From the NCBI RefSeq assembly GCF_004010195.1, contig NC_057719.1:74484965-74524931 (forward strand): 39,967 nt of DNA. Reading direction: 5' to 3'. The notes under the pieces were generated by a model, which saw only the letters and a list, made by a program, of their open reading frames with translations, was not told the DNA's origin and did not search any database. Positions 33,931-39,967 of the stretch are shown here, in pieces. The stretch is from Chiloscyllium plagiosum. Its lineage: Eukaryota. The translations under genes were made by a program, and so were the position numbers. Numbering within the stretch: the first letter of the stretch is position 1; each line of letters begins with the position of its first letter.

Positions 33931-35999
33931 AAAGACAATCAACTGAGCTACGGCTGAGAAGGAAATGCATTAACATGAAATGCTACAGACGATTGAATAA
34001 ATTTTCGGTGCTGCATATAGTTCATGTTAGACTTAGCAAAGCAGAGGATCATAATCCTTTCTATGGTGTCGTTCTTAATCTTAAGTGATCAAAGTTCAAA
34101 TCTCTACATTGTAACATTCCAAGATACAAAGTTTCTTGCCAGGCTTTCTCCAGTATTCCAAAAGGAAAAACAGGCGACCTATTATCGAACTGAGAAGTTC
34201 TAAACAATACCACCACACTGAGATCAAGCAAGGTCAAAGTGTTTCCTGTTGGTGAGTAGATTACTGATATTAAATTGAGATTTGTTTGTGCAGAGCCAGA
34301 GTGTGATCTCTCTTTTCCCTTAATAATTGACTTTGACTACAATTGTTCAATAGTTCTGCGTTTGATTAAGTGAGTCTGCTTACTATTGATACTCAGTGTG
34401 CTTGACTGGCTAAGCCTGATGTGTTGACATAGAAAAATGGTGCCAAACTGTAAAAAGAACTGGAAACTCAAGATGAAGCATTGAATAAACATATTAAAAC
34501 AACTTAATTAGAATTTGTAATGTGTGTAGAAACTAGTGTTGTGTCTGCACATTGTTCTGAGATATAAAATATAACAGATTGACATCTATTGTTATTAAAA
34601 ATTCTCCGCACTGTCTGGCCTGTGCTCATCTGGCACACTTGGCCTTCACAAGCTGGTTTTACAATGTAGCCCTCAGATGGGGCCTCATTTATAGGGTTGT
34701 CATCATGGAATGTGTTGAGTACGGCCTGAGAAATGGAACTGCATTTTTCTAACAGTGCTTCACAGGGTCAGATATAGGAGTGCCATATGAAATGAAATTC
34801 TGTAACTTCTCAGTCATTGCTCAGCCAATCAGGTCCATACATGACTGGCATATGGTCAATTGTTGCATCTTTGTGTTTTGAAATGTCTGTGAATGAAATG
34901 TCGCAGGACCATTCTGACACAGCTTTGAAGAAATGCAGTCGTGATCAAAAGTTGATGTACTCCAACAATTTAACTCATTTGCAGCTCAATCCAGCAAAAT
35001 AGTCCCATTCTGCATGTGCAGGTGTTAGCAGATTGGAACAAGTCCACAAGAGCAAGTCTAATACTCCAAGTCCAAACCTGTTTCAGAAAGTAGAGAAGAT
35101 TAGCACAATTTTGATTATTGCTGTGGCTTATTACCCCTGGCTGTCATTAGCATCAGAAACTTGTTGTAGTTCAGTTCCCATGACACCATTTCTCTTTACA
35201 CCAATAGACAAATGCTCTTTCCTGATGGATTATTGTGGAGATGACCAAACTCTTGCAGTCCAGGAGTATGCCTACTGGATGCATGAACTAATCCAGCTCT
35301 TCTGTTTCTGACCTGACAGGAGGAAGAGACAAGATGGCTGAAGGATTCTACCCTGATGCATCTCAGTTGTTTTACGAGAACAAAATGGCAGCTATTTTTA
35401 ATGGTGGTACCCTCTCACATGATGCCTACCAATTCAGCCAGCTGCGATGTGAACGCACATTCTGACATCTTTAACGAGGGATATCCATAATCCATTATTA
35501 GACAGGAAGTGATGTCATGTCAGACAGTTGTTGACCAAGAATGATGTACCAGTAAGAGCTCTCCTGCAACAGGTTTACAATAACCTTTAAATAACAAGCT
35601 ACAATTTGGCTTATTATCAGTCCTATATGGTGAGTTTGCATTTGGGATATAGATAGAAACACAGCAACCTCAACACATTGGTATTTTATTTTATTACCAA
35701 GGTTTAGTCAAGTTTTAGCAGTGGCTTTAACACCATCAGCTTCAAATAGAGGATTTGGCCTCTTGTTTGTTACACACAGTTGTCAGATACCAGCAATGCA
35801 GCAGATTTCCATCAGGAAATTTTTCAGAAGCAGCAGTAACAACACAATCACATGTTTGCACAAACAATGGATGAGCTGAAGTAGAGAAAATACTGCCAGC
35901 AGTAAACCACTAAAGCTATTTTTGTGAAGCCTCTCCGAATGTCAAAATCACAGCAAATAGTAGATGTGAATGCTAAGAGCAACCTTTATTTTCGAATGT

Positions 36000-37200
36000 C
36001 AGATGTGGCTCAGTTGGGTTGCACACTTGCGTGTGAATTATAGATATTTTCTAATCAAGCTGTTCAGAGATGTTACTACATACTTCGGGAGCAGGTGGGA
36101 CTTGAATGGTAGTCTGTTCAAGACCCACTCCAGAACTTCAGCATAAAAGTCAAAGCTGATACACCAGTGTAATACCAGGAGAGTGCTGAGCTATCTGAAG
36201 AGCTGTGCTTTTGTTGGTTAAACTGAAGCTGTTTCAACTTGCTTGGTTGATCTTGTGGCACTATTTGGAAAAGCAGTAGAGTTTTCCAGGTTGGCTTACC
36301 AATATTTATCACAAAAGAAACACAATTGCTGGGTCCTCTATTTTTTGTCATTTACATAAATGATTTGGATGCGAGCATAAGAGGTACAATTAGTAAGTTT
36401 GCAGATGACACCAAAATAGGAGGTGTAGTGGACAGCAAAGAGGGTTACATCAGATTACAACAGGAACTTGACCAGACGGGCCAATGGGCTGAGAAGTGGC
36501 AGATGGAGTTTAATTCAGATAAATGCGAGGTNNNNNNNNNNNNNNNNNNNNNNCTCCTTCCTATCGGAAAGATGTTGTGAAACTTGAAAGGGTTCAGAAA
36601 AGATCTACAAGGATGTTGGAGGATTTGAGCTATAGGGAGAGGCTGAACAGGCTGGGGTTGTTTTCCCTGGAGCGTCGGAGGCTAAGGGGTGACCTTATAG
36701 AGGTTTACAACATTGAGGGTCATGGATAGGGTAAATAGGCAAAGTCTTTTCCCTGGAGTCGGTGAGACCAGAACTAGAGGGCCTACGTTTAGGGTGAGAG
36801 GGGAAAGATATAAAAGAGACCTAAGGGGCAACTTTTCATGAAGAGGGTGGTATGTTTATGGAATGAGCTGCCGGTGGAGACTGGTACAATTGCAACATTT
36901 AAGAGGCATTTGGATGGGTATATGAATAGGAAGGGTTTAGAGGGATATGGGCCGGGTGCTGGCAGGTGGGACTAGATTGGTTTGGGATATCTGGTCGGCA
37001 TGGACGGGTTGGGCCGAGGGTCTGTTTCCATGCTGTACATCTCTTATGACTCTAAGTTAACGGTTTGCGACCATTTGCTGTCTGTGGAGTTTGCTGAGTA
37101 TTAATTGTTGTTGCATTTCCTATATTGCCACAGTGGCTACACCAAGATGTATCAGAAACACCTTTAGGTATTATCAAAGTGGAGTAAGCAAATAGGTATC
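36000..37200 (+). mobile_element. DeuSINE (SacSINE1-like) interrupted by a short SINE (36047-36107) and a CR1
   Basis: gtggctcagttgg head; gttcaagacccactccaga..gctgatacaccagtg..gagtgctg..tggcactatttggaa..ccaatatttat; tail ttgctgtctgtggagtttgctg..gcatttcctatattgccacagtggctacac resumes after 37055. Confidence 0.65.
36326..37055 (+). mobile_element. CR1 (HER1-like) LINE RT-to-3' fragment, young
   Basis: LGPLFFVIYINDLD..ISKFADDTKIGG..WAEKWQMEFNSDKC; LERVQKRSTRML..FSLERRRLRGDLIEVY. Confidence 0.95.
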
Positions 37201-37308
37201 ATGACCTGAGATGAAGAACCCATTGAACCGTGGAGCAGACTTTATTTCACTCATGCACACAAAGCTCCCACTATCGTGCTTCCCAAAACCTTTTCCTGAT
37301 GGAGTTGA

Positions 37309-37525
37309 AAAAATGTGGAGCTGGAGAAAGCACAGCAGGTCATACAGCATCAGAGGAGCAGGAGAGTCAATGTTTTAGCAGGTCCCTTTAACCAGTCCTG
37401 CTGAAGGGTCCTACCAAAATCTCGACTCTCCTGCTCCTCTGATGTTGCTTGACTGGCTGTGCTTTTTCCAGCTCCACATTTTATTGACTCTGACTTTCCA
37501 GCATCTGCAGTCCTCACTATCTCTT
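37309..37525. mobile_element. Penelope pLTR-derived palindrome (fold-back)
   Basis: 37310-37390 is the near reverse complement of 37404-37483. Confidence 0.8.
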
Positions 37526-38089
37526 TTCCTGGTGGAGCCCATTTTAATGCCTCAGACAATGTGGGATGCAATGTAACAATTTGGGGAACTTGGAGATTTC
37601 AAGAGTTGTGGGGTGGGGGTGGGGGGGGGAGGCTATTTGCAGGGAGCAGGATTTGAATGTGGGTGGACTGAGGTTCTCTCGAAAGAACTAGACACCTCAC
37701 TATTCATGGGCTGTTAGCAGCAGTGGCACTTGGGCCACAGAGGGTAGTTCATCCAGCCACCAACAAAAGCAAGACCAGTATTTAAAGTGGCCTCAAAGCT
37801 TAAGAAACTCAATCCGAGATTCAGGGCAGACATTGTTACCTCAGAGCTTGTAACCCCAAAATCCCATCGCCCACATTTTGGAAGACCCTGATCGACTATA
37901 TGACACCAGCACAGTTGATTGGCTGCACATGGATCTGCACATTCATGCCGCGCCCTCAGCTTCCCCCGACAATCCCACTCCCTCCCCCATCCACTATGAA
38001 TTAATGAAGGTTACTTCCCTTCACTCACTGTAGGAGTGTCACACTAGAAGAATTTGCGACCATCTCTCCACAACATCCTCAAGAGATTT

Positions 38090-38700
38090 ACTCTCCTTTC
38101 AGTAGTCCCTTGGAGCCAAGGAAGACTTGTTTCTGATCCAGTTTTCTGGGTGTTGAGGCAGTGAATAAGTCCAAAGCACATTATGTAGACTCTACAGGGT
38201 GGGTGGTTCTTGGGGGATCAGTTGAATGAGTGGCTGAGAATGTTGTTCACTCTCTTCCCTGCCTCAACGTTGCCTCTGCATGTTTCTGACGAAGTCTCTC
38301 AGTGTTTTCTCTGCAGGAGCTCCATTTTGGTCGGTCACAGGCCGGTTCCCACCACGTGTTGGTGGGGCTGGTTGATCTCTTCAGGGATGCTTTGAGGACA
38401 TGTGTAAAACATTGTCCTCCTGGAGGTCCGTGTGCTGGCCGGGAGAGGGAGGCAGCCTTTCTAGTTACAGGATGTAGAGGATCTCACAAAGGCGTGGCCA
38501 GTTGAATTCTTCCAGTGACTGGAGATGCCTGCTGTATGTTGTCCAAATCTCCAAAGCATACAGGAGTCCAGGTATCGCTCCTGCCCAATAACCCAGGGCC
38601 TTGTCTGAGATTTGAGATCCTAGTCCCTTTTCTTCAGTCAGCTGAAGGCTGAGCTGACATATCAGAGGAAATGGTGAATTTCAACATCTATGTCTACCTT
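38090..38700 (-). mobile_element. RTE-clade LINE 3' fragment
   Basis: Minus strand GPPGGQCFTHVLKASLKRSTSPTNTWWEPACDRPKW resembles RTE/Expander RxxGGQRKRFKDxLKASLK..WE..A.DRPKW. Confidence 0.7.
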
Positions 38701-39147
38701 GGTCAACAAGAGACTGCCAAGCTACTGGAAAGATCCATATTTTCCGGGATCCCTGCCATTCCCTGCAGGTGGTGTGGAGCTAAGTAAATGGGGTTGAGGT
38801 ACAGATTGGTCATGAGCTAATTTAATGCTGCTCCAATCACTAAGCCCTGACTTTAGTGATGGAAGTCACGCTGCTTGACGACATAATGGACACCACAGTC
38901 ACAAAGTCTGCTCAGACCATAGGTAAGTCAATGGAGGCCTTGGTACTCAGACACAAGCAGATAAACTTAGCGGGCACGCTAAGTTTTTAATCAAATTTTA
39001 AAGAGTGACAGAGTTTGTAAGGGTGGACTTTACAAAGGTGCCTGACTGGAGAGGATTCCAGTGCACATTTTGATTTCAGAAGTGTGGGATTTTTGGCCAC
39101 AATGGTCTCATGGCTCACCAATAGTTGTGAAACAAATAAGCCAATTT

Positions 39148-39540
39148 TACAACAACAACAAGTTGCATTTATGTAGTTCCTTCAATCTCATAAAGCACCT
39201 CAAGCTGTTTCACCAGAGAGTGATCAAACAAATTGAGCTACTTTAGGAGTTATTAAGACTGATGACCATAAACGTAGCCAAATAGATTCTGACAGACATC
39301 CTAAAGGAGGGAAGAGAGCTTGCAGATGGAGAGTTTTACGGAGGGTATTCCGGAGTTCACAAACTGGGTAGTCAAAAGCATGGCCACCAATGGTGGACTC
39401 ATTGAATGCAGTATGCACACAGGCCAGAATTGGAGCAAGACAAATACTTTAGGTGGTTGAGAGGCTGGAGGTGATTGCAGATCTAGAGGGGCAAGACCAT
39501 GGAGAGATCAGAAAATAAAAATGAGGATTTAAGATTGATT
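39148..39540 (-). mobile_element. L2-clade LINE 3' end
   Basis: (CAA)n-caagttgcatttatgtag tail; ggagggtattccggag..aagcatggccaccaatggtgg..gggcaagaccatggagagat. Confidence 0.65.
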
Positions 39541-39554
39541 CTGGAGCATGTTCA

Positions 39555-39812
39555 AAGGAGGCAGAGAGACAGGTAGCATTGAGGAGACGGGGAGACTGCA
39601 AGAAGATTTGGACAAGTTAGGAGAGTGGGCTAAGAAGTGGCAGATACAGTAAAACATGGGAAAGTGTCAGGTCACACATCTTGGTAGGAAGAATGGAGGC
39701 ATAGTCTATTTTCTAAATGGGGAGAAAATTCAGAAGACTGAAGTATGAAGAGACTTGGGAGTTTTAGTGCAGGATTCTCACAAGGTAAGCTTGCAGGTTG
39801 AGTCAGTAGTTA
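39555..39812 (+). mobile_element. CR1 LINE RT fragment
   Basis: agactgcaagaagatttggacaagttaggagagtgggctaagaagtggcag (LQxDLDKLGEWAKKWQ)..agagacttgggagttttagtgc. Confidence 0.85.
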
Positions 39813-39967
39813 GCTGAAAAATGTGTTGCTGGAAAAGCGTAGCAGGTCAGGCAGCATCCAAGGAGCAGGAGAATCGACGTTTCGGGCATAAGCCCTTCTT
39901 CAGGAATGAGGAGGGTGTGCCAAGCAGGCTAAGATAAAAGGTAGGGAGGAGGGACTTGGGGGAGGGG
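39813..39967 (-). mobile_element. Penelope-like element pLTR (continues past window end) with hammerhead core at 39876-39903
   Basis: Minus strand CTGAAGA-A-GGGC-TTAT-GCCC-GAAAC-GTC; homologous to 17178-17298. Confidence 0.85.

Noticed and set aside
1..39967. CRISPR array, operon or other prokaryotic system
   Set aside because: Vertebrate repeat-rich DNA with no regularly spaced repeat-spacer array and no gene-dense organisation.

Overview
Eukaryotic, repeat-dominated intergenic or intronic DNA from a cartilaginous fish. HE1/V-SINEs, HER1/CR1 LINEs and SacSINE1-like DeuSINEs point to a shark; the (TAATC)n HE1 tail suggests a bamboo shark, which is inference. No intact host protein-coding gene was recognised, and there are three N gaps (6328-6827, 12448-13068, 36532-36553). 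The window holds many CR1, L2, RTE and Rex1-like fragments, Penelope-like elements with hammerhead ribozyme cores, a decayed Gmr1-type Gypsy element, three copies of a short solo LTR and a probable decayed Harbinger transposon. Two structures stand out. (1) A 1.8 kb TSD-flanked, RT-less, ORF1-only Tx1/Keno-like retroelement (15688-17506, minus strand) has a U2 snRNA 5' head that lacks the branch-point recognition sequence. (2) A second Tx1-like LINE family appears to target the TATA box of the short LTR family: one copy sits at that site with a 13-bp TSD, and both copies carry that target sequence just behind their A tail. Family names come from remembered consensus motifs, not database searches. 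Boundaries of old repeats are approximate.
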